Positions 47,971 to 58,200 of a DNA stretch of 64,000 nt are shown one piece after another; within the stretch, counting starts at the first letter, position 1, and each line of letters opens with the position of its first letter. The notes beneath the pieces are model-generated. The model was not told the DNA's origin, ran no database searches, and saw only the letters and a list, made by a program, of their open reading frames with translations. The translations under genes were made by a program, and so were the position numbers. Source of the stretch: Acidobacteriaceae bacterium (GTDB lineage Bacteria; Acidobacteriota; Terriglobia; Terriglobales; Acidobacteriaceae); the NCBI GenBank assembly GCA_036489655.1, contig DASXFH010000040.1, positions 2,806 through 66,805 of the forward strand, given 5' to 3'.

Positions 47971-48753
47971 ATGCAACTTGAAATCTGCGTCGATTCAGTG
48001 GAGTCGGCGGTGGCAGCCGAACGCGGCGGCGCTCAGCGCGTCGAGTTATGCGGGGACCTCATCGAAGGTGGCATCACGCCTTCACACGGGCTGATCGCAC
48101 GGGTCCGGCGGCACATTGCTATCGATCTGTTCGTGATCATTCGTCCGCGCGCGGGAGACTTCTGTTACTCCCAGAATGAGTTGGAGTTGATGGCAGACGA
48201 CATCGCACACGCCCGCGATCTGGGGGTAAATGGCGTCACTCTCGGCGTGCTCGATGAGCGGGCCTGCGTCGACGTCGATCGCACGCGCCGTCTGGTGCAA
48301 AAAGCCGGCCCGCTGCCCGTGACGTTTCATCGGGCCATCGACATGACGCCCGATCCCTGTGCCCAGCTCGGCCCAGTGATCGAGGCCGGGGCGCAGCGCG
48401 TGCTCACATCCGGAGGCTCCGCAAAAGCCATCGAGGGCCTGGCCGTCATCGCCTGCATGCAGAGACTGGCTGGAAATCGCATTCGGGTGATGATCGGCGG
48501 AGGCATCACGGCGGAGACGGTTACGCGCATCGCCCAGGAGACCGGCGCAACAGAATTCCACGCCAGCCTGAGAACGCACTGGCCCGGGCCGGTAAGTTAC
48601 CAGCGAACCGACCTGCCGATGGGCGAGATCCACGACCGGGAATATCTTCGTTACGGCGTGCGGGAAGAAACGGTCCGTACTCTGGCCCAGGCTGTGCAGC
48701 TGATGGACGGAGAGCAGGCTTCTGCGTCGGGCCGCCGAGGGAGCCGCCGATGA
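47971..48753 (+). CDS. cutC: CutC-family protein (TIM-barrel, so-called copper homeostasis protein)
   Basis: Motifs MQLEICVDSVESAVAAERGGAQRVELC, GGITPS, IRPRAGDF, FHRAID and LTSGG. Confidence 0.8.
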   Translation: MQLEICVDSVESAVAAERGGAQRVELCGDLIEGGITPSHGLIARVRRHIAIDLFVIIRPRAGDFCYSQNELELMADDIAHARDLGVNGVTLGVLDERACVDVDRTRRLVQKAGPLPVTFHRAIDMTPDPCAQLGPVIEAGAQRVLTSGGSAKAIEGLAVIACMQRLAGNRIRVMIGGGITAETVTRIAQETGATEFHASLRTHWPGPVSYQRTDLPMGEIHDREYLRYGVREETVRTLAQAVQLMDGEQASASGRRGSRR

Positions 48754-48832
48754 TGCCGGGGGAGCCGAATCGCGAGGGTGCGGTGAACAAACGAGAGGCG
48801 TCGTCTCTCCGGGATAATGGTTCGTCACTCCT

Positions 48833-49618
48833 ATGTCAGTAAAGACCGAGCAGCGCGAAAAAAAAATCCTGCAGGTACTGCTGCGCCATGGCAACGCCTC
48901 AGTCGAAGACCTGGTAAATATGACGGGTGCATCCGCGCCCAGTATTCGCCGTGACCTTGCCCGGTTGGAGCAGCGCAACCTCGTGCACCGAACCCACGGC
49001 GGCGCGCGCCTGGCCGCGCAAATGCAGTACGAGGCCTTCCGTTTCGATTCATCGTTTCAGGTGCGGGAATCGCGCTTCACCGAGGAAAAGAGACGCATTG
49101 GAATGGCGGCGGCCGAGCTTATTCGCGAGCACGACACCGTGGGATTCACAGCCGGGACAACTACGACGCAGGTGGCGCGCTGCATCCGGCATCGCAGCTC
49201 CATTCACGTGATCACCAACGCCGTAAATATTGCCATGGAACTCAGCAATCAGCCGGCGCTCAATGTTACCCTCACTGGCGGCACCATGCGCTGGGCAGGC
49301 GCATTCTCGTTGACGGGTCCAATCACGATTGAGATGCTCAACGGCCTGTTTATGGATAAGGTCTTTATCGGGGCCTGCGGGGTCGATCCGGAGCGCGGAG
49401 TGACCACGATCGAGCCGGACGAAGCCGCGGTCTTCCGCGCGATGGTGCGTCAGGCGAAGCAAGTGGTGGTCGTCGCTGATTCGAGCAAAATCAGCATGAT
49501 CAGCCCGGCCCTGATCTGTCCACCCGGTGAAGTGGATATTCTTGTGACCGACAGCGGCCTTGCCCCGGAGGCGCTGGAAGCCTTTCGGGCCCATGATATT
49601 GAGGTTCAGGCGGTTTAG
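48833..49618 (+). CDS. DeoR/GlpR-family transcriptional regulator
   Basis: HTH region (REKKILQVLLRHGNASVEDLVNMTGASAPSIRRDLARLEQRNLVHRTHGGA) plus a DeoR C-terminal sugar-phosphate sensor domain. Confidence 0.85.
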   Translation: MSVKTEQREKKILQVLLRHGNASVEDLVNMTGASAPSIRRDLARLEQRNLVHRTHGGARLAAQMQYEAFRFDSSFQVRESRFTEEKRRIGMAAAELIREHDTVGFTAGTTTTQVARCIRHRSSIHVITNAVNIAMELSNQPALNVTLTGGTMRWAGAFSLTGPITIEMLNGLFMDKVFIGACGVDPERGVTTIEPDEAAVFRAMVRQAKQVVVVADSSKISMISPALICPPGEVDILVTDSGLAPEALEAFRAHDIEVQAV

Positions 49619-49917
49619 TCCCTCCCGCCGCGTTACCGCGACCCGTATCAAGAGTCCAAAGCTCGGGGATCGGAAGCTTGACGGCACGCGGCTGGGACAA
49701 TGCCGCTTGCCCAGGTCGGCATGCGGCTGGCCGAGGCTGTGACAAGCGCGCTTGCGGTTATCTATGACACATGAAGAATTCCCAACCTGGTTCTTCTGAC
49801 GCTGACGGATGCCAGGTAGATTTCTTCCGATCGTGCAGGGGCCACGCGCGTACGTGATAACTCATCGGTGAGACCAGAAGCAGACGGCTGTGCGGTCAAA
49901 CGGCCTGATCGTTCCCG

Positions 49918-52749
49918 CTATTGCTTGTTTCCAGCCTGAAGCTGGTTCAGCTTGTTTTTCAGGTCCTGGAGTTTCTGGCCTGCTTCAGCGAGTTTACCCC
50001 GAGCGGTGAGGTCCTGATAGTCAGCAAGATCCCTGCCAGCGGCAGCGATGAGAGCGGCTCGATTCGAGGTGATTGTCCTGGGGGGGCCGGGGGTTGCGGA
50101 CTGTGCTGAGGCAGCGGAGGGACCGGCCTGCGGCGCTGCGGTTGCGGTGAGGGAGGACGGCTGCCCTCCGAAAAGAGCAGCCAAGGCGGTTTCGAAGTTG
50201 GGCCCATAAGCCAGCCGATCCTGCAGCGCAAGCACTACCAGACGTAGTTCCGGCATAGGACTCTGCTGGGCCTGGAGATAGATGGGTTCGGCGTAGAGAA
50301 GTGCGTGGCCACAGGGAATGACGAGGAGGGTGCCACGGCGGGCGTGAGAGCCCTGCTGGTTCCAGAGGGTGAGCTGGCCAGAGAGTTCGGCGTTCTGATC
50401 GATACGCGCCTCAATCTGCATGGGGCCGTCGACCAGCTTCGTTTTGGGGAAATCGTAAACAACAGCGGTGCCATAGTGGTCGCCGTCGCTCCGCCCTGCG
50501 ATCCAGCCGATGAGATTGTTGCGATTGGCTGGAGTGAAGGGAAGAATTTCCACGAACTCAATGGAGGAAGCACCCGGGAGCTTCATGAGGATGTAATTCG
50601 GCTCCATGACCTGGGTCTGCTGATCGCCGGAATCGCTGAGGCCGATCTCCGAAGCGACGGTCCAAAGGTCCTCGCGATTGTAGAAGACCTCAGGATCGCT
50701 CATGTGATACAGGCCGTAAACTGAGGCCTGCTCGCTCAGGAGGAGTTGCGGGTAGCGAATGTGGCGGCGCAGGTCATGGGGCATCGCTGAGGCATCGCGG
50801 AAGAGCGACGGGAAGATGCTGCGCCACGCGGCGATGATGGGATCGGCGGAGTCGAAGACGTAGAAGGTAGTAGTGCCGCTATAGGCGTCCACGACGACTT
50901 TGACGCTGTTGCGCATGTAGTTGATCGAGTTGTCTACGAAGGGATAGCTGGCGGACTCCGGGTAGCTGTCAGAGGTGGTGAAAGCGTCGAGCATCCAATA
51001 CAGGTGGCCATTGTCGGCGATGACGATGTAGGGATCCGCGTCCCAGCTGAGGAAGGGGGCGATCGCCTGGACTCGGGTCAGAATATTGCGGCGCATGAGC
51101 AGGCGGCTCTGCGCGGTGATGTCGTCGCTGAAAGGAACCTTCCACAGATCGCCGCGATCGGCGGCGATCAGAGTACGGCGCAGCATACCGCCGAGAAGGA
51201 TTCCACCGGTTCCCTGGTAGGATGTGAGATTGTTGCTCTGTCCCTGTGGGTAATTGAATTCCTTCTGCCGGGTTTTTACGTAGACGTCGGAGTTGGTTAG
51301 CTCACCGTAATAGATTTCCGGCTGACTTATGGACAGGCCAGGAATCGTGCTCTCAACCGGCATGTTGCTGAGGTGAAGCGTGGGCAGACCCTCCGTAGTG
51401 AAGCCGTTCACCGGGTTCATGGTGACGCCGTAACCGTGGGTGTAGATGAGCTTCTCGTTAATCCAGTTACGGCTGCTGTCGGGGAGTTTGTCGAGGCTGA
51501 GCCCACGAGCGGCGAGCATGACTTCCCGGAGGTTCCCGTTCAGGGTGTATCGATCGATGTCGATGTCAGGGAAATCGTAATAAGTACGAATCTCCTGGAT
51601 CTGGCGGAGAGTGCTTTGCAGGGCCCGCCAATCCCAGAGGCGGATGTTTTGCAAGGTTCCCTGGTTATGGGTCGGATCGGCGGCGTCAGGGGTGGTTTCG
51701 GCCGGGAATTCCTCCCGAGTAATGCGATCGAGGTCCCAGGCCTGGCGGGTCCAGGCGATATTCCATGCAATGTAGGGCCGCTCGCGATCCAGCTGGTTCG
51801 GCTTGACGATGAAGCTACTGATGTACCAGCCCGCGAACTGGACCACGATAAAGCAACCCAGAGCGGGGACGACAGCGGCCACCAGTCGTCCAGGATGCGC
51901 GACCACGAAGGCGTTGCTGGCGGCGATGGCCGCACCGAGGAGCAGGGCGATCGCCACGACCAGCATGCCGGTAATGGTGACGTGCGCGTCGGTGTACTGG
52001 ACACCGCTGAAGATGATGTGCCCCGTGAAGAGAGCTCCAAACCGTCCGAGGTAAACCTGCACGGCCAGCACGACAAGAAAGAAGGAAAAGGCGATCGAGA
52101 CGCCGCGCCATGGCAAAGGCAGAATGAGACTGCCGTGTTCCCGGGCCACAGCGCGCGATCCGCCGGAGAGGAGCAGGAAGGCACCTGCGGCGATGCAGGC
52201 GATAACGGCAAGCACCATGAGCCATCCGGCGATGATTTGCCATGCAGGCAGCGTGAAGAGGTAAAAGCTGACTGATCTGCCGAAGACGGGATCGAGCCGG
52301 GAGGCCCGCGACTGAGGGGCATACCAGAAGAGGGCGAAGGTGGGCCACTCCGCCATCAGTGCCAGTCCGCTGATCAGGGCGATGCCCAGGGACAGGACGA
52401 GGCCGAGAATCTTCAGGACACGGCGCAAAGGCAGGCTGAGCCGCTGTTGCCCGATGAAGACAGCGCGGTCGTGGGGCAGATCCGACTGGTGCATGCGCCA
52501 GAGAACCAGACACCACCCATACAAAATGAGAAAGGTGAAGAGGAAGGAAACAACGAAGATACCCCACTGCAGACCGATGCTCTTCCAGAAGACATCGCGG
52601 TAGCCAAGAGAGCCAAACCAGAGGGAGTCCACGAAATACGACAGTGCCGTGCTGCTGCTGAGGAAGCCGGCAAAGATGAGCGCAACGAGTATGAAGATTA
52701 TTCGATTAGAGCGGGGCTTGCGGGCTGGTATCTCGATCATCCGATGCAC
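49918..52749 (-). CDS. UPF0182-family large membrane protein
   Basis: N-terminal multi-TM region with YFVDSLWFGSLGYRDVFW, followed by a large extracytoplasmic domain. About 940 aa, as in the family. GTG start with AAGGA 6 nt upstream. Confidence 0.75.
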   Translation of the reverse strand: MHRMIEIPARKPRSNRIIFILVALIFAGFLSSSTALSYFVDSLWFGSLGYRDVFWKSIGLQWGIFVVSFLFTFLILYGWCLVLWRMHQSDLPHDRAVFIGQQRLSLPLRRVLKILGLVLSLGIALISGLALMAEWPTFALFWYAPQSRASRLDPVFGRSVSFYLFTLPAWQIIAGWLMVLAVIACIAAGAFLLLSGGSRAVAREHGSLILPLPWRGVSIAFSFFLVVLAVQVYLGRFGALFTGHIIFSGVQYTDAHVTITGMLVVAIALLLGAAIAASNAFVVAHPGRLVAAVVPALGCFIVVQFAGWYISSFIVKPNQLDRERPYIAWNIAWTRQAWDLDRITREEFPAETTPDAADPTHNQGTLQNIRLWDWRALQSTLRQIQEIRTYYDFPDIDIDRYTLNGNLREVMLAARGLSLDKLPDSSRNWINEKLIYTHGYGVTMNPVNGFTTEGLPTLHLSNMPVESTIPGLSISQPEIYYGELTNSDVYVKTRQKEFNYPQGQSNNLTSYQGTGGILLGGMLRRTLIAADRGDLWKVPFSDDITAQSRLLMRRNILTRVQAIAPFLSWDADPYIVIADNGHLYWMLDAFTTSDSYPESASYPFVDNSINYMRNSVKVVVDAYSGTTTFYVFDSADPIIAAWRSIFPSLFRDASAMPHDLRRHIRYPQLLLSEQASVYGLYHMSDPEVFYNREDLWTVASEIGLSDSGDQQTQVMEPNYILMKLPGASSIEFVEILPFTPANRNNLIGWIAGRSDGDHYGTAVVYDFPKTKLVDGPMQIEARIDQNAELSGQLTLWNQQGSHARRGTLLVIPCGHALLYAEPIYLQAQQSPMPELRLVVLALQDRLAYGPNFETALAALFGGQPSSLTATAAPQAGPSAASAQSATPGPPRTITSNRAALIAAAGRDLADYQDLTARGKLAEAGQKLQDLKNKLNQLQAGNKQ

Positions 52750-52812
52750 AGTTTGTCCTTGCTTTCCAGCGAACGACGCCGGAGTAAGACCGCCCGTATT
52801 GTACGCCCAGGA

Positions 52813-53985
52813 CTAGCATCCCCAAGTCGGACGCCGGGCCCTGCCCGTGACGGCAGTGAGGAGGCCAACTGCAACAGCCGAGGCGGCTGGAATCCAGAGC
52901 AGACTGAGGGTGCTGTGACCGATCGCATAGCCGCCCAGCAGCGGCCCGGCTGTGCCGCCCAGAAGGCTCAGGGCGATGATGGCGCCAAAAGTCGTTCCCG
53001 TTTCTCCTGGAAAACTCTCCCCTGCCAGCCCAAGGACTGTGGGATAGATCGCCGAAATCCCCAGCCCTATGACGCCCACGGCAAGCATCATGGACGGCAG
53101 AGCGCGCGCATTGGCAGCAATCAGAACTCCGGCGAGCACCAGGACAACCGACAACGCGATCATTCCGCGATTGCCGAGCCAGCGCAGCCACAGGACTGTA
53201 AACAGGCGGCCGAACCCAAGTGTGGCACCCAGGCAGGCCAGCGCCAGAATTCCCTGGGCTGCGGGAGCGTGCAGAGCAGCGCTAACGAACTTACCGGTCC
53301 AGACAAACATGCAGTTCTCGCTGCCCGACTCAAACATGAGAATGAGGCCGAAGAGCCATACAAGCGGTTGATGGAGGACTGTAAGCAGATTGCGGGCGCT
53401 CACTCCGGCCTGCAGCGGCGGGGGGAAACGGAAGAAGAGAACCGGAACCAGGAGCAGAGCCGTGAGCCCGGCGAGCAAACGCAGCACGACCGAGGACGAA
53501 AGCGCTCCACCTGCATTGGACATCAGCAGGGGCGCAATGATCGCTCCTGCGCTGAAGAAAAAGCCCAGCAGGTTGAGAGCGCGGGCGCGGCTCTCGGCAT
53601 GCAGATCCGCAATCAATACGTTCGCCGCCGTGTTGAGAATTCCGCCTCCAAAGCCATAAGCGAGACAGCATATCTCGAACTGCCAGTAAGACTGCAGAGC
53701 CGGAAACAGGGCCAGTGAGCCAGCAATCAGAGCGAGCGCCACAATCAGCATCTGCTTCGCCCCGTGAATGTCGAGAATGGGGCCCACGACGATGCTTGCG
53801 GCCAGAACGCCTAAGAGAGGGAGAGAGCCGAGCCTCCCCGCATGAACATCGCTGATGTGGAGGGTCGGCAGGAGGGCTCCCGCGAGAAAAAGCACAAGGC
53901 CGAAAACGAACATGCAGCCATAAATTGTGAAAATCAGGCTGGTTCGAATGCCATTAGCAGGCGGAGTTGAGGGTCGTGCGGTCAA
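52813..53985 (-). CDS. MFS sugar transporter (FucP/glucose-galactose-like)
   Basis: 390 aa with a 12-TM pattern. Last gene of the amino-sugar block. Confidence 0.7.
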   Translation of the reverse strand: MTARPSTPPANGIRTSLIFTIYGCMFVFGLVLFLAGALLPTLHISDVHAGRLGSLPLLGVLAASIVVGPILDIHGAKQMLIVALALIAGSLALFPALQSYWQFEICCLAYGFGGGILNTAANVLIADLHAESRARALNLLGFFFSAGAIIAPLLMSNAGGALSSSVVLRLLAGLTALLLVPVLFFRFPPPLQAGVSARNLLTVLHQPLVWLFGLILMFESGSENCMFVWTGKFVSAALHAPAAQGILALACLGATLGFGRLFTVLWLRWLGNRGMIALSVVLVLAGVLIAANARALPSMMLAVGVIGLGISAIYPTVLGLAGESFPGETGTTFGAIIALSLLGGTAGPLLGGYAIGHSTLSLLWIPAASAVAVGLLTAVTGRARRPTWGC

Positions 53986-54055
53986 TCGGCGCGCCTCCGT
54001 GATTCATTCATCCATTTGCATAACGGAAAATCCCAGGCTCCATGAAACTGCAGCC

Positions 54056-54952
54056 TCAGGCATGCGGGATACGGTCGAAAGCGAGTTTGGCTGCTCCGAG
54101 CAGGCTCGCAGCATTGCCCAATTGACTGAGTTCTAACCGGACCTGGTGGACGGCGATGGGCTGGCCCCATCTCATCATCGTTTGTCGTGCGGTTTTCAGG
54201 AGAAGATTTCCTGCCTCAGCCACGCCCCCCCCGATCACGATGATTTCCGGGTTCAGGACGCTGACGAGGTTGGCCAGAGCCAGCCCGATATAGACTCCCG
54301 AGTCGCGCAGAACCTGCCGGGCACGCCGATCCCCTTCTGCGGCTAGTCTCGTTGTCTCCTCGGCGGAAACGCTGCGCCGCAGCCTGCGACTGGCGGCAAG
54401 GCCAATCCCAGGTCCGGCAGCATGGCTCTCAAGGCATCCCACTTTTCGATATTGCGGAAGGTACTCGTTGCAAACGGCCATCCACCCAAGGCAGCCGGCA
54501 AGCTCACCACTTCCTCTCAACAGACGGCCATCCACCAGAATGCCTGCGCCGATCCCCGTCCCAACAGCGAGAAACACCACATTTGAGCATTTGCGGGCCA
54601 CTCCCTTCCACGCCTCGCCCATCACAAAAGCGTTGCGATCGCTGTCCACCGCCACCGGCAAACCCATCTTGTCGCGCAGTAGCCTTCCAAGCGGCATCCG
54701 CTTCCACCCTCGAACATTGGGCGCCCACACGTCTCCGTTCTCATATGCGAGCCCCGGAACATCCACGCCGATGCCCCGCACTCCTTGCTGCGGGATCTCT
54801 CTGAGTAGCCGCGCCAGAGCCTCCAGCACTGCCGCGCCCCCGGCCGCAGGGGTGGGAGCGTGTTTAATACAGCTGATGCGCCCGCTGCTGCTCACCCTGG
54901 CCACTCGGATATTGGTCGCACCCAGGTCGGCGCTCAGAACGTACTGAGGCAT
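54056..54952 (-). CDS. ROK-family sugar kinase
   Basis: N-terminal ATP motif LSADLGATNIRVA, then FLAVGTGIGAGILVDG and the ROK Cys/His region. RBS AGGAGGAAGGA lies before ATG 54952. Confidence 0.8.
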   Translation of the reverse strand: MPQYVLSADLGATNIRVARVSSSGRISCIKHAPTPAAGGAAVLEALARLLREIPQQGVRGIGVDVPGLAYENGDVWAPNVRGWKRMPLGRLLRDKMGLPVAVDSDRNAFVMGEAWKGVARKCSNVVFLAVGTGIGAGILVDGRLLRGSGELAGCLGWMAVCNEYLPQYRKVGCLESHAAGPGIGLAASRRLRRSVSAEETTRLAAEGDRRARQVLRDSGVYIGLALANLVSVLNPEIIVIGGGVAEAGNLLLKTARQTMMRWGQPIAVHQVRLELSQLGNAASLLGAAKLAFDRIPHA

Positions 54953-55015
54953 GAGGATTCCTTCCTCCTGGTGCGCGCCTCTGCGGTGCTGACCAGAACC
55001 GCACCACACGTATCA

Positions 55016-57298
55016 CTACCGCGTCTGAAGATCGACAACCCAGACCTCCCGCGGAGTAAACGCTTTGTGCAGCGCTACCTTGCCATCACTCTGGCGGAAG
55101 GGAACATCCTGGTCATTTGTCCAGTCCACCGTACGTTGCACGGTGCCACTCGAATCCACCGTCAAAGAGGCATCGACCGGCTGATCGGACTCGTTGAACG
55201 CGAAGACCATTTGCTCACCCTTGCCTTCCAGAAGACGCACTTCGATCACCGATCCGGGCGCTCCGGAAACCGCTACCGGCGGCGCGACACCTGCAAGTCG
55301 GGCCAGCCCGACCAGGAATTGCTGTGTGCCCTGATCTGGATTCTGACCATACCCAAGTGCCGTGAATGAGCCAATGAGGATCGCCTTTCCCTTGCCAAAA
55401 GACCGTTCGAGGATCGCCGGGTGCCCATCTTCAAAGTGTCCCAGAACGCGCGACCCCGGATAAGGCTCCAGATCCTCCTGGAACGCTGCGCCCTCAACTG
55501 TGGTCGTTCCGCTCAGTCCGGGCACATCGGCGGAAGCATTCAGGGTGATACGGACCCGATCCTCAGGTTTAATCAGCTTCTCTCGTCCCCCGAAGATCTG
55601 GTCGAGCCCAAGCCCGGGAATGACATCACTGGCAAATCCGCGTTCGTTGTTCCAGGCCAGACGCGCTTCACTCACAACGACGCCGCCGTTCTCGACATAA
55701 TGGCGGATTCCCTGCGCCACCTCCCGCGACAACATCACTGGAAACGGCACGAAGAGAACCTTATATTGTCCAAGTTTTCCCGCGGCAACGCTCTCAGTAG
55801 AAACAAAATCGACGGGTATCTGCTCCTCGGCAAAAGCACGGTGCAGGCCGATTGCCGAATCAATGGGAGCGCGGCCGAGTTTGGAAAGAGACGGCTGGGA
55901 CCCGCCGACCATGTACGCAAGCCGGTTATAAAGAATGGCCACCTGAGCAGGCTCCGGCGTGGCGCTCAGCAAGCTCGATGCATGCCGGCCGACGATGGCT
56001 GCAACTTTGCCCGCGGCACGGGCGCGAGGTGTGATCGTACCATCGAGATCAATGAGTCCGTAACCATTCGATTCAAAGCCGGAGCTCATCGGATACCACG
56101 AGTAGACCGCAAACTCGCGCGCGCCATGCGCGACCGCCTGCCATATCCAGAAAATCTCGTCCTGGGGGGTCACGGGAACCGCAATCCGCATTGCGGTTGC
56201 TCCCTGCCCCGCCTGTAGTTCGCCGATCCAGAACCCCTTATTCAGGCTGTGTCCGGCTGATCTCGAGAAATCGAGAGCCGTATCCAGAAATGCGTTCGAC
56301 CAGGGCTGGGTGGACTCGGAATGCTTCGGATACATCGACGTTCCGTAGAAATCGGCGCTGGCCGACATTTTGAAGTCGTCCGGCTCTCCATAGCCATCGG
56401 TGGGAGACGTAAAGAGGCTTGGCGCATCCGAGTGGCTTGCAATCGGATGTATCTTGTCCACGGATCGAATCGCGCGGGTGCGCAGGACCAGGTCACCGGC
56501 CAGCTTGTCGTCGAGAAACATGCGCCAGTCGATGTAGTCCGTGTAAGAAAGAATGGTCGGAAAGCGCGGAGCCTCCACTTCATTCCAGCTCGTATAACTT
56601 CGATACCAGGCCGTATTGAGCGCAGTCAGTGTCACGTACTTGCTTTTCAGCCACGCCCGAAACCTGACCTGCGTCGAAGGATTGAATCCGAATTCAGGAT
56701 GACTGAGGTAGGGGAACTCGGCCCAGTTGATGACATGCGGTTCGCTCCAGACATCCCAGCCGCAGAGCGCAGGAAAGCGATTGGCATCGCGCGCAAGAGC
56801 CTGCAGAAAGGCCACAGCTTCCTTTCGAACACCGGCATCATCCAGGCTATATCCGGGCGCCGACTGCGATGTAATGACAGCGCCACTGCTGTCGACAAAC
56901 CTGCCTTCGGGGTAGAGCCGCCCGATCCAGTCCGGCGCAGAATCCAGATAAATCTGGATGATCACGCGCAGGCCTCGCTCCTGCGCCAGGCGCATCAGCA
57001 GGTTTAGATTTTCGAAGTCAAACTTCCCCTGGCTCGGTTCTCCGGTTTGCCAGTCGATCCACGTCTTCACGGTGTTAAACCCGTCGGCTTTGATGTGATC
57101 CAGATCGGCGCCCCATCGCTGCGCGCTGGTCGCATCCAGCGGCTCCAGCATCGGAGCCCGTGCCTTGCCTCCGCCGTACCACACGGCCGCAGGGTAGAAC
57201 GAATTCCCATCCTGCTGCGCCGTCTGGGCGGCTGCCAGCGAAGCACAGGCCAGCAGCACCCCTCCGAAAACCAGCAAGTATCCATGGGAAATTCTCAC
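55016..57298 (-). CDS. Exported GH42-like glycosidase (beta-galactosidase fold with trimerisation/GATase-like middle domain)
   Basis: Catalytic-domain strings: DLDHIKADGFNTVKTWIDWQTGEPSQGKFDF, LRVIIQIY and WDVWSEPH. Middle-domain strings: VAILYN... and YKVLFVPFPVMLSREVAQGIRHYVENGGVVVSEARL. AAGGAGG lies 7 nt before GTG 57298, giving a Sec signal (VRISHGYLLVFGGVLLACASLAAAQ). Confidence 0.7.
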   Translation of the reverse strand: MRISHGYLLVFGGVLLACASLAAAQTAQQDGNSFYPAAVWYGGGKARAPMLEPLDATSAQRWGADLDHIKADGFNTVKTWIDWQTGEPSQGKFDFENLNLLMRLAQERGLRVIIQIYLDSAPDWIGRLYPEGRFVDSSGAVITSQSAPGYSLDDAGVRKEAVAFLQALARDANRFPALCGWDVWSEPHVINWAEFPYLSHPEFGFNPSTQVRFRAWLKSKYVTLTALNTAWYRSYTSWNEVEAPRFPTILSYTDYIDWRMFLDDKLAGDLVLRTRAIRSVDKIHPIASHSDAPSLFTSPTDGYGEPDDFKMSASADFYGTSMYPKHSESTQPWSNAFLDTALDFSRSAGHSLNKGFWIGELQAGQGATAMRIAVPVTPQDEIFWIWQAVAHGAREFAVYSWYPMSSGFESNGYGLIDLDGTITPRARAAGKVAAIVGRHASSLLSATPEPAQVAILYNRLAYMVGGSQPSLSKLGRAPIDSAIGLHRAFAEEQIPVDFVSTESVAAGKLGQYKVLFVPFPVMLSREVAQGIRHYVENGGVVVSEARLAWNNERGFASDVIPGLGLDQIFGGREKLIKPEDRVRITLNASADVPGLSGTTTVEGAAFQEDLEPYPGSRVLGHFEDGHPAILERSFGKGKAILIGSFTALGYGQNPDQGTQQFLVGLARLAGVAPPVAVSGAPGSVIEVRLLEGKGEQMVFAFNESDQPVDASLTVDSSGTVQRTVDWTNDQDVPFRQSDGKVALHKAFTPREVWVVDLQTR

Positions 57299-57394
57299 GC
57301 CAGAGCCTCCTTCCACATGAGGCAAACTGCATCCTTCATCTCTTCAGACATAAAAACCTCCCATGGTGTTCGATTGATGCACGGATCTGAGCTG

Positions 57395-58159
57395 TCAGGC
57401 CGCCCCGCCACCGTCGCGCTGGACGTTGCGCATGAATTCCTGAAATACCTGCTGATTATGGTCTGCTGGCAGGCCCACGTTCGGCGAGACGAACGTCGAT
57501 GGACGATGTCCTTCCCGCACCAGACGCCGTCCCGTTTCAGCAACCAGCGTCATCGCGATGGACACTGAGGCGACCGTTGAACCCGCCGCAAATTTCTCAG
57601 GAATCCCCTCTGCTGCAATCAAAGCGTCTTCCGGTGGCACGCAATTATCGATGGCGACATCTGCCACATCCCGCAGCTTCTTTCCGCTTGAATGTTTTGC
57701 CGCCGCCTGCTCGTAATTTGTATGCGAGGAGACGGTGACGACCTTTGCGCCCTTCTCCCGGGCCTCCAGGCCCATTTCGATGGGAGCCGCATTCAGTCCC
57801 CCATGCGAAAAGACCAGGAGAGAATCGTTTGGAGTCAGGTTGTAACTGGAGAGAACAACCCTGGCATAGCCCTCCCGCTGTTCCAGCCACAACAGTTCCC
57901 TCGCTCCGCCCGGGCCGACGACGTTGAACCACATGAGCCGCGGATCATAAATGGGATAAAAACCGATGAAACTTCCGTAGCGCGGGAAGATATCCAGGAC
58001 CGGGATCACTGAGTGGCCGCTCCCGAACATATAGACGCGTCCTCCCGAGGCGATCGATCCGGCAAACAGGCTGGCCGCTCTCTCAATTTGCTCGTTCTGA
58101 GTATCGCGGATTTTGGCGAGGGTTTCAGTGATGCGGGTCAGGTACTCTAGTTCAGCCAT
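57395..58159 (-). CDS. SIS (sugar isomerase/phosphosugar-binding) domain protein
   Basis: SIS strings GGRVYMFGSGHS and LLVFSHGGLNAAPIE. 254 aa. Confidence 0.7.
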   Translation of the reverse strand: MAELEYLTRITETLAKIRDTQNEQIERAASLFAGSIASGGRVYMFGSGHSVIPVLDIFPRYGSFIGFYPIYDPRLMWFNVVGPGGARELLWLEQREGYARVVLSSYNLTPNDSLLVFSHGGLNAAPIEMGLEAREKGAKVVTVSSHTNYEQAAAKHSSGKKLRDVADVAIDNCVPPEDALIAAEGIPEKFAAGSTVASVSIAMTLVAETGRRLVREGHRPSTFVSPNVGLPADHNQQVFQEFMRNVQRDGGGAA

Positions 58160-58200
58160 GGGTAATTCCCTTCAGTTTAAATAACAATCCCGGTCGCCCC

